This document shows positions 44,095 through 54,057 of a stretch of 64,000 nt of DNA, piece by piece. A program made the position numbers and the translations under genes. Every line of letters begins with the position of its first letter. The stretch's first letter is position 1. Source of the stretch: Desulfobaccales bacterium (GTDB lineage Bacteria; Desulfobacterota; Desulfobaccia; Desulfobaccales; 0-14-0-80-60-11). The notes under the pieces are model-generated. The model was not told the origin of the DNA. It searched no databases and saw only the letters and a list, made by a program, of their open reading frames with translations. The stretch covers positions 64,529 through 128,528 of the forward strand of contig JBAUPV010000006.1 of assembly GCA_049580385.1 (NCBI GenBank). Direction: 5' to 3'.

Positions 44095-45744
44095 ATGCGC
44101 CAGGTAAAGATCTACGACACCACCCTGAGGGACGGCACCCAGGCGGAATACTTCTCCCTGTCCCTGGCCGACAAGATCCGCATCGCCAGAAAACTGGCGC
44201 AGTTCGGGGTCCATTATATCGAGGGCGGCTGGCCGGGCTCCAATCCCAAGGACCGCGATTTTTTTGAGGAAATTCGCCAATACGGCGAGATCAACGGCAG
44301 CCGCATCGCCGCCTTTGGCAGCACCCATCATAAGGACCGGCCTCCGGAGTCGGACCCGGTCTTCCAGGAACTGTTGCTCAGCCGGGCCCAAGTGGTCACC
44401 ATCTTCGGGAAATCCTCCATGTTCCAGGTGAAGGAGATCCTGCAGACCACCCCGGAGCGCAACCTGGAACTCATCCGCCATTCCCTGGGCTATATCAAGC
44501 CCCGGGTGGCGGAGCTCTTTTATGACGCCGAACACTTTTTCGACGGCTTCAAAGACGACCCGGAGTATGCCGTGGAGACTCTTGTAGCCGCAGTGGGCGG
44601 CGGCGCCCAGTGCCTGGTGCTGTGCGACACCAACGGCGGCACCCTGACCTCCGAATTGGCGGGCATCATCAAGGCGGTCCAAAAGGCGTTCCCCCGGGTT
44701 CCCCTGGGCATCCACGCCCACAACGACTCGGAGCTGGCGGTGGCCAACACCCTGGCCGCGGTCGAGCTGGGCTGTCAGCAGGTGCAGGGAACCATCAACG
44801 GCTTCGGGGAACGCTGCGGCAACGCCAATCTCTGCTCCATCATCCCGGCATTGCAACTGAAGATGGGGATCGATTGCATTAGCGAGGCAAACCTGAAGCG
44901 CCTGACGGAGGTCTCCCGCTTCGTTTACGAGATAGCCAATGTCCATCCCAATCGTTACCAGCCTTACGTGGGCATCAGCGCCTTTGCCCACAAGGGCGGG
45001 GTGCACGCCGCCGCGGTGAAGCGCAACCCTCGGGCCTATGAGCACCTGCCGCCCGAGCAGGTCGGCAACGTGCGGCAATTTCCGGTCTCTGACCTCTCCG
45101 GCAAGAGCAGCGTCTTCCTCAAGGCCCAGGAACTGGGATTGGAACCCGCGGCCCATGACCGGGACGTGCAACTCGCCCTGGAGAAGATCGGGGATATGGA
45201 CCTGAAGCTGCCGCCCAAGAGCGCCGAAGCCCTGCAAACCATCCTGGAGCGGGTCAAGGACCTGGAAGCCGAAGGCTACCAGTTCGAAAGCGCCGAGGCC
45301 TCACTGGAGATGCTGCTCAGGGCCGCCCTGGGCCAATATCGGGAATACTTTCGCCTTCTGACCTACCGGGTGGTGGATCAGAAGGTGGGTGAAGAGGAGC
45401 AGCCGCTGCCGGAAGCCACCCTCCGGGTGCGGGTCGGCCCCCACGAGGTCCACACCGCGGCCATGGGCAACGGCCCGGTGAACGCCCTGTTCAAGGCCCT
45501 GCTCAAGGCCTTGGTCCGCTTCTACCCGAGGCTGGCCGAGATGCGCCTGGAGGATTTCAAGGTGCGGGTCCTTCCGGGCACCGGCAGCACCGACGCCAAG
45601 GTGCGGGTCCTCATCGAGTCCCGGGACGCCAACGACCGCTGGGGCACCGTTGGGGTTTCCCATGACATCATCGAGGCCTCCTGGGCCGCCCTGGTGGACG
45701 GCATCAATTACAAGCTCTTCAAAGACGATGCCCAGGCCCGCTAA
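44095..45744 (+). CDS. cimA: (R)-citramalate synthase (LeuA-family, CimA type)
   Basis: KIYDTTLRDGTQAE...HYIEGGWPGSNPKD...GIHAHNDSELAVANTLAAV...GERCGNANL. The C-terminal regulatory domain closely resembles my recollection of Geobacter CimA. Confidence 0.8.
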   Translation: MRQVKIYDTTLRDGTQAEYFSLSLADKIRIARKLAQFGVHYIEGGWPGSNPKDRDFFEEIRQYGEINGSRIAAFGSTHHKDRPPESDPVFQELLLSRAQVVTIFGKSSMFQVKEILQTTPERNLELIRHSLGYIKPRVAELFYDAEHFFDGFKDDPEYAVETLVAAVGGGAQCLVLCDTNGGTLTSELAGIIKAVQKAFPRVPLGIHAHNDSELAVANTLAAVELGCQQVQGTINGFGERCGNANLCSIIPALQLKMGIDCISEANLKRLTEVSRFVYEIANVHPNRYQPYVGISAFAHKGGVHAAAVKRNPRAYEHLPPEQVGNVRQFPVSDLSGKSSVFLKAQELGLEPAAHDRDVQLALEKIGDMDLKLPPKSAEALQTILERVKDLEAEGYQFESAEASLEMLLRAALGQYREYFRLLTYRVVDQKVGEEEQPLPEATLRVRVGPHEVHTAAMGNGPVNALFKALLKALVRFYPRLAEMRLEDFKVRVLPGTGSTDAKVRVLIESRDANDRWGTVGVSHDIIEASWAALVDGINYKLFKDDAQAR

Positions 45745-45765
45745 CCGCCTGATTGTCCTGACCTT

Positions 45766-46371
45766 ATGAAAAAGCTCCCCTGCTTCAGCCGCTCGCAACT
45801 GGGAGTCATCCTGCTGCTGGGGGCGGCCCTTTTACTATTATGGGCCTGGCGGGCCAATTTCGGATTGGGTCCCTCCCCTGCCCCGCCCCCGGGACCAGAT
45901 GCCAACGCGGTGTTTGTGGAAGTGCGCGGCCCCCTGTCCGCGCCCGGGGTCTATTCCTTCGACCACCTGCCGACTCTAACCGAGGTCTGGCGCCAGGCCG
46001 GCGGCCCGGGGGTGGCCCCGCCCGCCTCCGATTCCAACCAGCCTGACCAGACGGGCAAGCTCACCTCGGGCAGCCTAATTACCATCACCCCGGACCGGCA
46101 TTACCAACTGGGGCGCATGGCCGGCGCCCATCTCCTCACCCTGGGCCTGCCCCTGGAGCTGAACACCGCCAGTGCCGACGATCTCGCGGCCATCCCCGGA
46201 GTCGGCCCGGCCCTGGCCCAGGCCATCGTCAGCTATCGCACCACCTATGGCCCCTTCAGGACGATTGACGACCTGCTGAAAGTTTCCGGCGTCGGCCCGA
46301 AAAAACTGGAGAACCTCAGACCTCATCTGGTCATCCCAGAAAGCTCGGATCGGGTGGCGGCGCGCCACTGA
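45766..46371 (+). CDS. comEA: ComEA-family helix-hairpin-helix DNA-binding protein
   Basis: N-terminal TM segment. The C-terminus reads LNTASADDLAAIPGVGPALAQAIVSYR...FRTIDDLLKVSGVGPKKLENL. Confidence 0.75.
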   Translation: MKKLPCFSRSQLGVILLLGAALLLLWAWRANFGLGPSPAPPPGPDANAVFVEVRGPLSAPGVYSFDHLPTLTEVWRQAGGPGVAPPASDSNQPDQTGKLTSGSLITITPDRHYQLGRMAGAHLLTLGLPLELNTASADDLAAIPGVGPALAQAIVSYRTTYGPFRTIDDLLKVSGVGPKKLENLRPHLVIPESSDRVAARH

Positions 46372-46376
46372 AAATA

Positions 46377-47384
46377 ATGCTGATCTTGGGGATAGAGACT
46401 TCCTGTGATGAGACCGCGGCCGCAGTAGTGGCGGACGGCCGGCGCATCCTCTCCTCGGTGGTGGCCACCCAGTTCGAGTTGCACGCCGCCTACGGCGGGG
46501 TGGTGCCGGAGCTGGCGGCCCGGCGGCACCTGGAGAACATCCTGCCGGTGATCCAGGCGGCCCTGGACCAGGCCGGAGTGACCCTTAAAGACCTGGACGG
46601 CCTGGCCGTGACCCAGGGGCCCGGGCTCATCGGCGCCCTGGTGATCGGCATGGCCGTGGCCAAGACCCTGGCCTTCCGGCAGCGCTTGCCCCTGGCCGGG
46701 GTCCACCACCTCCGGGCCCATATCCTGGCCGCCTTTCTGGATGGGAAACCGCCGTCCTTCCCCCTGGTGGCCCTGGTGGTCTCCGGCGGCCACACCAACC
46801 TCTACCGGGTGGACGGCTTTCTGGAAATGGAACTCCTGGGCCGGAGCCGGGATGACGCCGCCGGGGAGGCCTTTGACAAGGTGGCCAGGCTGTTGCGCCT
46901 GGGCTATCCCGGCGGCCCGCTGATCGAAAAATTGGCGGCGGCGGGCCGCGCCGCCACCTTCCCCCTGCCCCGGCCCCGCATCCTGAAGGAGCCTCTGACC
47001 TTCAGCTTCAGCGGCCTAAAGACCGCGGTGGCCCTCACCCTCAAAAGACACCCGGAGATTCTTGCCGATCCCCAGGCCCGGGCCGACCTGGCCGCCGGCT
47101 TCCAGGAGGCGGTGGTGGAGGCCCTGGTGAGCCGGGCCTGGCTGGCGCTGGCCGAAAAATCGCGAACCGGCGGCGGCCGCCTGCTGGTCTGTGGCGGCGT
47201 GGCGGCCAATGGACGCCTGCGCCAAGTTCTGGAGGAGCGGGCCGCCGCCAGCGGCGCCGGGCTGTTCCTGCCGCCCCTGCACCTGTGCGGCGACAATGCC
47301 GCCATGGTGGCGGCCCTGGGTTACCATCAGCTGGCGGCCGGGGCCCGCCTCGACCTGGAAGCGGACGTCTTTTCCCGGGGTTAG
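46377..47384 (+). CDS. tsaD: tRNA N6-adenosine threonylcarbamoyltransferase
   Basis: MLILGIETSCDETAAAVV...GGVVPELAARRH...VVSGGHT...GGVAAN. Confidence 0.95.
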   Translation: MLILGIETSCDETAAAVVADGRRILSSVVATQFELHAAYGGVVPELAARRHLENILPVIQAALDQAGVTLKDLDGLAVTQGPGLIGALVIGMAVAKTLAFRQRLPLAGVHHLRAHILAAFLDGKPPSFPLVALVVSGGHTNLYRVDGFLEMELLGRSRDDAAGEAFDKVARLLRLGYPGGPLIEKLAAAGRAATFPLPRPRILKEPLTFSFSGLKTAVALTLKRHPEILADPQARADLAAGFQEAVVEALVSRAWLALAEKSRTGGGRLLVCGGVAANGRLRQVLEERAAASGAGLFLPPLHLCGDNAAMVAALGYHQLAAGARLDLEADVFSRG

Positions 47385-47414
47385 ACCCGTCAGCCGATTA
47401 TCAGGTTGGGTAGC

Positions 47415-47440
47415 CGCAGGCTTCAGCCTGCGTTTTTTTT
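47415..47440 (+). terminator. intrinsic terminator after tsaD (built from a GCAGGCT hairpin-repeat unit)
   Basis: CGCAGGC-ttca-GCCTGCG (47415-47432) followed by T8 (47433-47440). Confidence 0.7.
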
Positions 47441-47558
47441 CGATTCTCTAACCACTAGAGTCAGGCAGAGACATTACCTAAGGGCTGCAGAATGAAATTG
47501 AAAAACGAGCCGCAAAGCTTGAACCAGGATAGATGGGGGCAGCACGAAACCGCCAAAA

Positions 47559-47660
47559 CCCCCTCTCCCCCGTGAGGGGAGATGGTCGGGGTGAGGGGTG
47601 GCTTCGATGACTGATTATTTCCCCCTCACCCTGCCCTCTCCCCCATTGGGGGAGAGGGGA
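47559..47660. repeat. composite C-run/G-run hairpin element
   Basis: TCTCCCC-cgtga-GGGGAGA (47564-47582). GGGTGAGGGG (47589-47598) pairs with CCCCTCACCC (47622-47631). Perfect hairpin CCCTCTCCCCC-att-GGGGGAGAGGG (47634-47658). Confidence 0.75.
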
Positions 47661-47835
47661 AAAGGCAAGAGACCTCCAAAAGTTAATCAAAGATGGGGTC
47701 TTGGCTGCCTATATTACCTCAGCACATTAGCAAAAACCTTGCCGGGCAATAAGCATGTCTAATTGGACTGTGGCAACGGGCGCTGGGGCGCGGTCATCCC
47801 GGCGGATGACGGGTTTGCGGGTTGCGGTTTTGCTT

Positions 47836-47877
47836 TAGCTGACTGCTGATAGCTGATAGCTGATAGCTGATAGCTGA
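47836..47877. repeat. heptamer tandem array TAGCTGA x6
   Basis: tagctga ctgctga tagctga tagctga tagctga tagctga, ending 3 nt from the trxB stop. Confidence 0.9.
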
Positions 47878-47880
47878 CCG

Positions 47881-48840
47881 CTATTTTTGTTGATTATGGG
47901 CCTGGCTGCTCTTTTTTATTTCCACGCCGAGGGCCGCGGCCAGGGCCGCGGTGCAGCCGTCCGAGGCGGCCGCGACGATCTGCCTGGCGTACTTTTGCCT
48001 GAGATCCCCAATGACGAAGATTCCCGGGATGTTGGTTTCGCACTTCTCATCGGTCATCACGTAGCCGTCATGATCCATGCGGATGCCCTCGGGCACCAGC
48101 TGGTTATTGGGAAGGAAGCCGATAAAGATGAAGACGCCGTCCACCGGCAGCTCACTTGCAACCCCGGTCTGCTTGTTCTGCAAGATGACGGCCCGCACCC
48201 CCTGGTCATCGGCCAGGACTTCCGTGACGATGGTGTTCCAGAGGATTTCGATATGGGGCTCCGCCATGACCCGCTGCTGCAGGATGCGGCTGCCGCGCAA
48301 GGCGTCCCGGCGGTGTACCAGGTACACGTGTTGGGTTATCTTGGCCAGGTAAACGGCTTCCTCCAGGGCGGTATCGCCGCCGCCCACCACTACCACATTC
48401 TTGCCCCGGAAGAAAAAGCCGTCGCAAGTGGCGCAATAAGAGACCCCATGCCCGTAGTATTCCGATTCCCCCGGGATCTTCAGCATGCGGGCCCTGCCGC
48501 CGGTGGCCAGGATCAGCGCGTGGCTGTTGAGAAGGTCGCCGTTGGCCAGCCGCACCGTATGGAACTCCAGCCCCGGTTCCACCGCCGCCACTTCCTGCTG
48601 CCTGATCTCCAGGCCGTAGCTCTGGGCATGCTGCAAAAACTTCTGGGACAGGTCGAAGCCGCTGACTTGGTCAAAACCGGGGTAATTTTCCACCGATTCG
48701 GTGAGGTTAATCTGGCCGCCTGGAAGCCCCTTTTCGATGAGAACCGTCTTCAGGGCCGCCCGCATGGCATAGATCCCGGCGCTGAGCCCCCCGGGGCCTC
48801 CTCCCACGATAATCAGATCGTAGAGATCACATTGGCTCAT
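47881..48840 (-). CDS. trxB: thioredoxin-disulfide reductase
   Basis: DLIIVGGGPGGLSAGIYA...redox-active CATCDG...VVVVGGGDTALEEA...GIFVIGD. Confidence 0.95.
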   Translation of the reverse strand: MSQCDLYDLIIVGGGPGGLSAGIYAMRAALKTVLIEKGLPGGQINLTESVENYPGFDQVSGFDLSQKFLQHAQSYGLEIRQQEVAAVEPGLEFHTVRLANGDLLNSHALILATGGRARMLKIPGESEYYGHGVSYCATCDGFFFRGKNVVVVGGGDTALEEAVYLAKITQHVYLVHRRDALRGSRILQQRVMAEPHIEILWNTIVTEVLADDQGVRAVILQNKQTGVASELPVDGVFIFIGFLPNNQLVPEGIRMDHDGYVMTDEKCETNIPGIFVIGDLRQKYARQIVAAASDGCTAALAAALGVEIKKSSQAHNQQK

Positions 48841-49010
48841 AGGTAAACCTCATGAATAAGATAAATTATATTAATTATCTTTTTAACCAGGCTCATTTCA
48901 AGGGAAAACCGCAAGGTAAGCACTTTTAGACATATCTTCCTTTAGTTATAATAAACTGTTTATTTTGAGGGAGGAGTGGGGGCGGATCGGTTTTCGCCCG
49001 GAGGAGCGGC

Positions 49011-50375
49011 ATGGAGCAGTCCCTGGAAGAGCCACCGGCCCTGTTGACTGATCTCTACCAGTTGACCATGGCGGCCTGCTATTTCGACCAGGGCATGGCG
49101 GAAGAGGCCACTTTCAGCCTGTTCATCCGCAAGTATCCCCCTGGCCGCGGCTACCTGGTCGCCGCCGGTCTGGCCGAGGCCCTCCATTACCTGGAAACCC
49201 TGAGGTTTACCAAAGAAGACCTGGCATATCTGGCGAGCACCGGCCTCTTTAAGACCTCCTACCTCGATTACCTGGGGCAGGTTCGCTTCACCGGCAAGGT
49301 TTTCGCCCTTCCCGAGGGGAGCCTCTTTTTCAAAGACGAGCCTATCCTGGAGGTGAGCGCCCCCATCCTGGAGGCGCAGTTGGCGGAGACCTTTATCATT
49401 AATGCCATCAGCCTGCAGACCCTGATCGCCACCAAGGCGTCCCGGTCCCTGTATGCCGCGCAGGGACGGCCCCTCGTCGATTTTTCCCTGCGGCGCACCC
49501 AGGGGACGGACGCCGGCCTGAAGGCGGCCCGGGCCTCGTATCTGGCCGGGTTTGCCGGGACCAGCAACGTGCTGGCGGGAAAAATTTACGGCCTTCCCAT
49601 CTTCGGCACCATGGCCCACTCTTACGTCAGCGCCTTTCCCCGGGAGATCGAGGCCTTCCGGGTCTTCTCCCGGCTCTTTCCGAAGGCCACCACCCTGCTC
49701 ATCGACACCTACGACAACCTGGCCGGCGCCAGGAATGGACTCCAGGTGGCCAAAGAGATGGAGGCCCGGGGTGAGCGTCTGCAATCCGTCCGCCTGGACA
49801 GCGGCGACCTGGCCGCCAGCAGCCGGGAGGTGCGCCGCCTCCTGGACGACGGCGGCGCCCCTGAGGTCCGCATCCTGGCCAGCGGCGGCTTCGACGAATA
49901 CAAGATCGCCCAGGTGCTGGCCGCGGGCGCCCCGATCGACAGTTTCGCAGTGGGCACCAAGATGGGGGTATCCGCTGACGCCCCCTACTTCGACATTGCC
50001 TATAAACTGGTTAGATATGATGGCCGGCCGGTAATGAAACTCTCTGCCGGCAAGGCTACCTTGGTGGACAAAAAGCAGGTTTACCGCCATTATGACGGCC
50101 GGGGCCAGATGTGCCGGGATGTCATAGCGCTGCGGCAGGAAGAAGTGACCGGCGCGGCCCCCTTGCTGCGCCCGGTGATGGACCGGGGCCGGATCATCGA
50201 GCCTGAGCCGTCCCTGAACGACAGCCGGGAATATTTTCTGGGCCAGTTTGCCTTGCTGCCCTATAAAGCCCTGCGGGACCCATCCCTTTATCCGGTGGCG
50301 CTGAGCCCCGGTCTCCGGGAACTACAGTCACGGGTGGAGTGGCGACTAATACATGGCGAATTAGGAGAAAGTTGA
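49011..50375 (+). CDS. pncB: nicotinate phosphoribosyltransferase
   Basis: LLTDLYQLTMAACYF...GTSNVLAGKIYGLPIFGTMAHSYV...LIDTYD...VRLDSGDL. Confidence 0.85.
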   Translation: MEQSLEEPPALLTDLYQLTMAACYFDQGMAEEATFSLFIRKYPPGRGYLVAAGLAEALHYLETLRFTKEDLAYLASTGLFKTSYLDYLGQVRFTGKVFALPEGSLFFKDEPILEVSAPILEAQLAETFIINAISLQTLIATKASRSLYAAQGRPLVDFSLRRTQGTDAGLKAARASYLAGFAGTSNVLAGKIYGLPIFGTMAHSYVSAFPREIEAFRVFSRLFPKATTLLIDTYDNLAGARNGLQVAKEMEARGERLQSVRLDSGDLAASSREVRRLLDDGGAPEVRILASGGFDEYKIAQVLAAGAPIDSFAVGTKMGVSADAPYFDIAYKLVRYDGRPVMKLSAGKATLVDKKQVYRHYDGRGQMCRDVIALRQEEVTGAAPLLRPVMDRGRIIEPEPSLNDSREYFLGQFALLPYKALRDPSLYPVALSPGLRELQSRVEWRLIHGELGES

Positions 50376-50381
50376 CGCCGC

Positions 50382-51002
50382 ATGGGAATTACCGAATCTC
50401 TCTGTTACGTTAACACTCTATTTATCAGCCAGTGCAGCTACCCGGGCATCTTCGTGCTGATGGCCCTGGGGAGCATGATCGTCCCGGTTCCCAACGAGCT
50501 GGTCATGCCCTTTGCCGGCTTCCTGATCTTCAGCGGCCAATTGGATTTATTGGCGGTGCTGTCGGTCAGCACCGTCGGGTCCATTTGCGGCTCGCTGTTA
50601 TCCTACGGCATGGGAACGCTGGGGGAGCCGGTGGTTCTCCGCTATGGCCGTTACCTGTTGCTCAATCCGCACCACCTCGATCTGACCAACGGGTTTTTCC
50701 GGCGCCACGGGGGCAAGACGATTTTCCTGTCCCGCTTCCTGCCGGTGGTGCGCCACTTAATTTCCATCCCGGCGGGGCTGGCCCGTATGTCCTTGGCGCC
50801 TTTTATCCTCTATACGGCGCTGGGAGCCGCTTTGTATAACGGTTTCCTGATCTACCTGGGGGTGCGCCTCAAGGAAAACTGGGTTGTCATCCAGCAATAT
50901 ACCCACATCCTCGATTATCTGGTGCTGGCCGGAATCCTGGGGCTGGTTGCCTATTTTCTGTGGAAAATTAAAGTATCCGGACCGCCGCCGGAAACCGGCT
51001 GA
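50382..51002 (+). CDS. dedA: DedA-family membrane protein
   Basis: P.PNELVMPFAGFLI...FFRRHGGKTIFLSRFLPVVRHLISIPAGLARM. Confidence 0.8.
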   Translation: MGITESLCYVNTLFISQCSYPGIFVLMALGSMIVPVPNELVMPFAGFLIFSGQLDLLAVLSVSTVGSICGSLLSYGMGTLGEPVVLRYGRYLLLNPHHLDLTNGFFRRHGGKTIFLSRFLPVVRHLISIPAGLARMSLAPFILYTALGAALYNGFLIYLGVRLKENWVVIQQYTHILDYLVLAGILGLVAYFLWKIKVSGPPPETG

Positions 51003-51017
51003 CCTCTCCTTACTCGC

Positions 51018-52088
51018 ATGACTACTAATCACCCGGGCCCCGGTTCCATCCTGGCCCTAGATATTGGGGGCGGCACCCAGGACCTGTTTATCTGGGAGCC
51101 GGGCCAGGCGGTGGAGAACGCGGTGAAGCTGGTGCTGCCGGCCCCCACCCAAATCCTGGCCCGCCGCATCGCCAAACTAAGCGATGAGGGACGGCCCATC
51201 TTTTTGCGAGGCCGGCTGATGGGCGGCGGCGCCATCAGCCAGGCGGTGCGGCGCCATCTGGCCCGGGGGCTACCGGTCTCTGCCACCCCCCAGGCCGCTC
51301 TCACCCTGAGCGACCGCCTGGAGCAAGTGGCCTCCTGGGGAGTGGCTCTTACCGAAACCCCGCCGCCTGCGGCCACCCCCCTCACCCTGGGCGATGTGGA
51401 CCCGGAAGGTTGGGGCCGGCTGCTGGCGGCCTTTGAGGTCCCTTTCCCCAGCCACTTTGCGGTGGCGGTGCAGGACCACGGTTTTTATCCCCAGGGGAGC
51501 AATCGCCGTTTCCGCTTCCGCTATTGGGAAGAGATGCTCTCCCGGGGCGCAGTATTGGGCGACCTGGCCAGCCGCCAGCCTCCCGCCTTCTTCACCCGGA
51601 TGCAGGCCGTGGCCGAAACCCTGCCAGGGGTGCTGCTCATGGACACCTGTACTGCCGGACTGCGGGGAGCGCTGCTGGACCCCCAGGCCCGGCAACACCT
51701 GTGCTCCGGCCTGACGGTGGTCAACCTGGGCAATGCCCACACCTTTGCCGCCCTGGTCCGGGAAGACCGCCTCTGGGGCATCTATGAGCACCACACCGGT
51801 CTCTTAGATCAGAGCAAACTGTTCACCCAGTTGGGCCGCTTTCAGTCCGGGGAGCTAACCAACGACGAGGTTTTCGCCGACCAGGGACACGGCTGCGCCT
51901 ACGCCCCCGGTTATCCGCCGGCGGCTCCCTTTACCTTTACCATCATCACTGGCCCCCGGCGGCGCCTGGCCCGGGGCTGGCCCGGGGTTTTCGCGGCTCC
52001 CCTGGGAGATATGATGCTCACCGGCTGCTTTGGCCTGGTGGCCGCCTTTCTGGAAATGGAGCGGCTTCCCGTTTCCCTGGGGGAATAA
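51018..52088 (+). CDS. DUF1786-like ASKHA-fold protein
   Basis: ILALDIGGGTQDLFIW phosphate-1-like motif and a second VVNLGNAHTFAALV motif. The family assignment is from memory. Confidence 0.45.
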   Translation: MTTNHPGPGSILALDIGGGTQDLFIWEPGQAVENAVKLVLPAPTQILARRIAKLSDEGRPIFLRGRLMGGGAISQAVRRHLARGLPVSATPQAALTLSDRLEQVASWGVALTETPPPAATPLTLGDVDPEGWGRLLAAFEVPFPSHFAVAVQDHGFYPQGSNRRFRFRYWEEMLSRGAVLGDLASRQPPAFFTRMQAVAETLPGVLLMDTCTAGLRGALLDPQARQHLCSGLTVVNLGNAHTFAALVREDRLWGIYEHHTGLLDQSKLFTQLGRFQSGELTNDEVFADQGHGCAYAPGYPPAAPFTFTIITGPRRRLARGWPGVFAAPLGDMMLTGCFGLVAAFLEMERLPVSLGE

Positions 52089-52238
52089 CCGGCCTAACAC
52101 TAGGCTCCCGGAGATGAAAAAATTTCATCATTAAGTTGACCTGAACGGCGCCATGGTCTTTAATGTCTGGAAGGCCAACGTCCCTAGCGACCGGATCAAA
52201 TATCGGGTGCGCCATAAGTCCTGAGAGGAGCTGAGGCG

Positions 52239-53081
52239 ATGGAGATCAAGTTTTGGGGGACCCGGGGCTCAATTCCCGCCCCCGGCGCTGATACCCTGCA
52301 GTTCGGGGGCAACACCACCTGTGTGGAAGTCTTGCTGAATAGCGGCAGACGCCTCGTCATCGACGGCGGCACCGGCCTGCGCCTTCTGGGGAGACATTTG
52401 CTGGAGGCCGGCGCTCCCGTCAAAATCCACTTGCTCCTCACTCATGGCCATTGGGACCACCTTCTGGGCATCCCCTTCTTTCTTCCCATTTACCAGGAAA
52501 CCACCGAGATCCTGGTGGACGGTTGGCCGCCGGCCTTTCAGGCCATGACCCGGGTCTTCGACAGCAACCTGGGGGACGGCTTTTTCCCGGTGGCCTTCGA
52601 AAACCTTAAGGCCCGCATCGACTTTCTCAACCGCCTGGCGCATGGGACCCTGGACGTGGACGGGGTCCGCATTGACGCCATTCACACCAACCATCCCCAG
52701 GGGGGCTTCGGTTTCCGCTTCCGGGAGGGAGACCGTTCCCTGGTCTTTATCACCGACAACGAGCTGGGGACCGACGGGGGCCGGAGGCTTCCGGAATTTG
52801 CAGAATTCGCCCGGGACTGCGACCTGCTGATCCATGACGCCCAATTCCTGCCTTCCGATATGTCTGAGCACCAGGGTTGGGGCCACTCCACCTACGAGCA
52901 GGCAGTGAATCTGGCCCAAATGGCGGGGGCCCGCAGCCTGATCCTGACCCACCACGATCCCAGCCGCACCGACGCCGGGGAGGAAGAGATCATCGCCAAG
53001 GCTCGGAAACTGGCCTCCGTTGGTACAAAACTTCTCTATATCGACGCTGCCCGGGAAGGGGCCATATTCCGCCTGCCTTGA
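52239..53081 (+). CDS. MBL-fold metallo-hydrolase
   Basis: MEIKFWGTRGSIP...IDGGTG...LLLTHGHWDHLLG...ILTHHDP. Confidence 0.75.
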   Translation: MEIKFWGTRGSIPAPGADTLQFGGNTTCVEVLLNSGRRLVIDGGTGLRLLGRHLLEAGAPVKIHLLLTHGHWDHLLGIPFFLPIYQETTEILVDGWPPAFQAMTRVFDSNLGDGFFPVAFENLKARIDFLNRLAHGTLDVDGVRIDAIHTNHPQGGFGFRFREGDRSLVFITDNELGTDGGRRLPEFAEFARDCDLLIHDAQFLPSDMSEHQGWGHSTYEQAVNLAQMAGARSLILTHHDPSRTDAGEEEIIAKARKLASVGTKLLYIDAAREGAIFRLP

Positions 53082-53084
53082 AGA

Positions 53085-53300
53085 CGCGTTTCCAGATTTA
53101 GAATTTCGGTAAGAGGGCCTTTAGTGGCAAAGACTTCCAGCCTGTGTCCGGACATCTGGGGCGGGCTGTGCCCCCGGCTTTTGGCGGCCACAGGCCGCAT
53201 TATTTCAAGGATTTCGGTTTTCGGTAGGAGCCTCTGGGGCCGTTGGCAAGCAGATGAGGATTCCTGGCGGGCACAGGCGTCTAACCTGTGCGGTGCTGGC
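53085..53300. repeat. mosaic cluster: degenerate TTTTCGG heptamers plus GC hairpin units
   Basis: gggcctttagtggcaaagacttccagcctgtgtccg (53115-53150) is 34/36 identical to the reverse complement of 61123-61158. Also present: ggcggccacaggccgc, atttcggttttcggtagg and ggcgggcacaggcgtctaacctgtgcgg. Confidence 0.8.
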
Positions 53301-53487
53301 TCAAGCTATTAGCCTACCGCTGCCAGCTTTGAGCTATAGCCCCGGTAATTCTCCTTCTATTTTCTTTTGGGTAGGTTTTTGGTAAACTTAGTCCAACCGA
53401 TTGCCAATATTAGGATTTTGGCGCTCTTGGCGATGCTTTCTACCTGCTTTGACATCCCGATTTTCCAGGAGCGGACCCGGGTGTTCA

Positions 53488-54057
53488 ATGGATAATGCCA
53501 GCAGTCAGCGCTCGGACCGCAACCTGGTCCTCATCGGTTACCGGGCCACTGGGAAGACCTCGGTGGGCGCCAAGCTGGCGCGGCTCCTAAAGCGTCCCTT
53601 CGTGGACCTCGACCGGGTGCTGGTTGGAGAAGCCGGCCAGTCGGTGGCCGAAATCGTGGCCCGGGGCGGTTGGGACGAATTCCGGCGGCGGGAGAAGGAG
53701 CTGGTGGCTCGCTACCACCGGCGCCGGGGCCAGGTGCTGGCAACCGGCGGCGGCGTGATTCTGGATCTGGAAAACGTGGGGAAATTAAAAGAAAATGGGG
53801 TCCTAATCTGGCTTAAGGCCGATCCCAAGACCATCCGGGAGCGCCTGGCGCAGGACCAAGCACAGGTGTCTAATCGTCCCAGTCTCACCCCGGATGACTA
53901 TCTGACTGAGGTGGAACGAGTGCTCGCGGAACGGCAATCTCTCTACCGGAAGGCCGCGGACCTGGAAATCGACACCGCCGGCCTCGGCATCTCCCAGGTC
54001 GCCGATCTGATCCTGGCGGCCACCCGGCCTCTCGGAGTCGCAGCCCATGGCGGGTAA
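53488..54057 (+). CDS. aroK: shikimate kinase
   Basis: [31 protein letters not shown]...ATGGGVIL. I chose the ATG at 53488. Confidence 0.9.
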   Translation: MDNASSQRSDRNLVLIGYRATGKTSVGAKLARLLKRPFVDLDRVLVGEAGQSVAEIVARGGWDEFRRREKELVARYHRRRGQVLATGGGVILDLENVGKLKENGVLIWLKADPKTIRERLAQDQAQVSNRPSLTPDDYLTEVERVLAERQSLYRKAADLEIDTAGLGISQVADLILAATRPLGVAAHGG

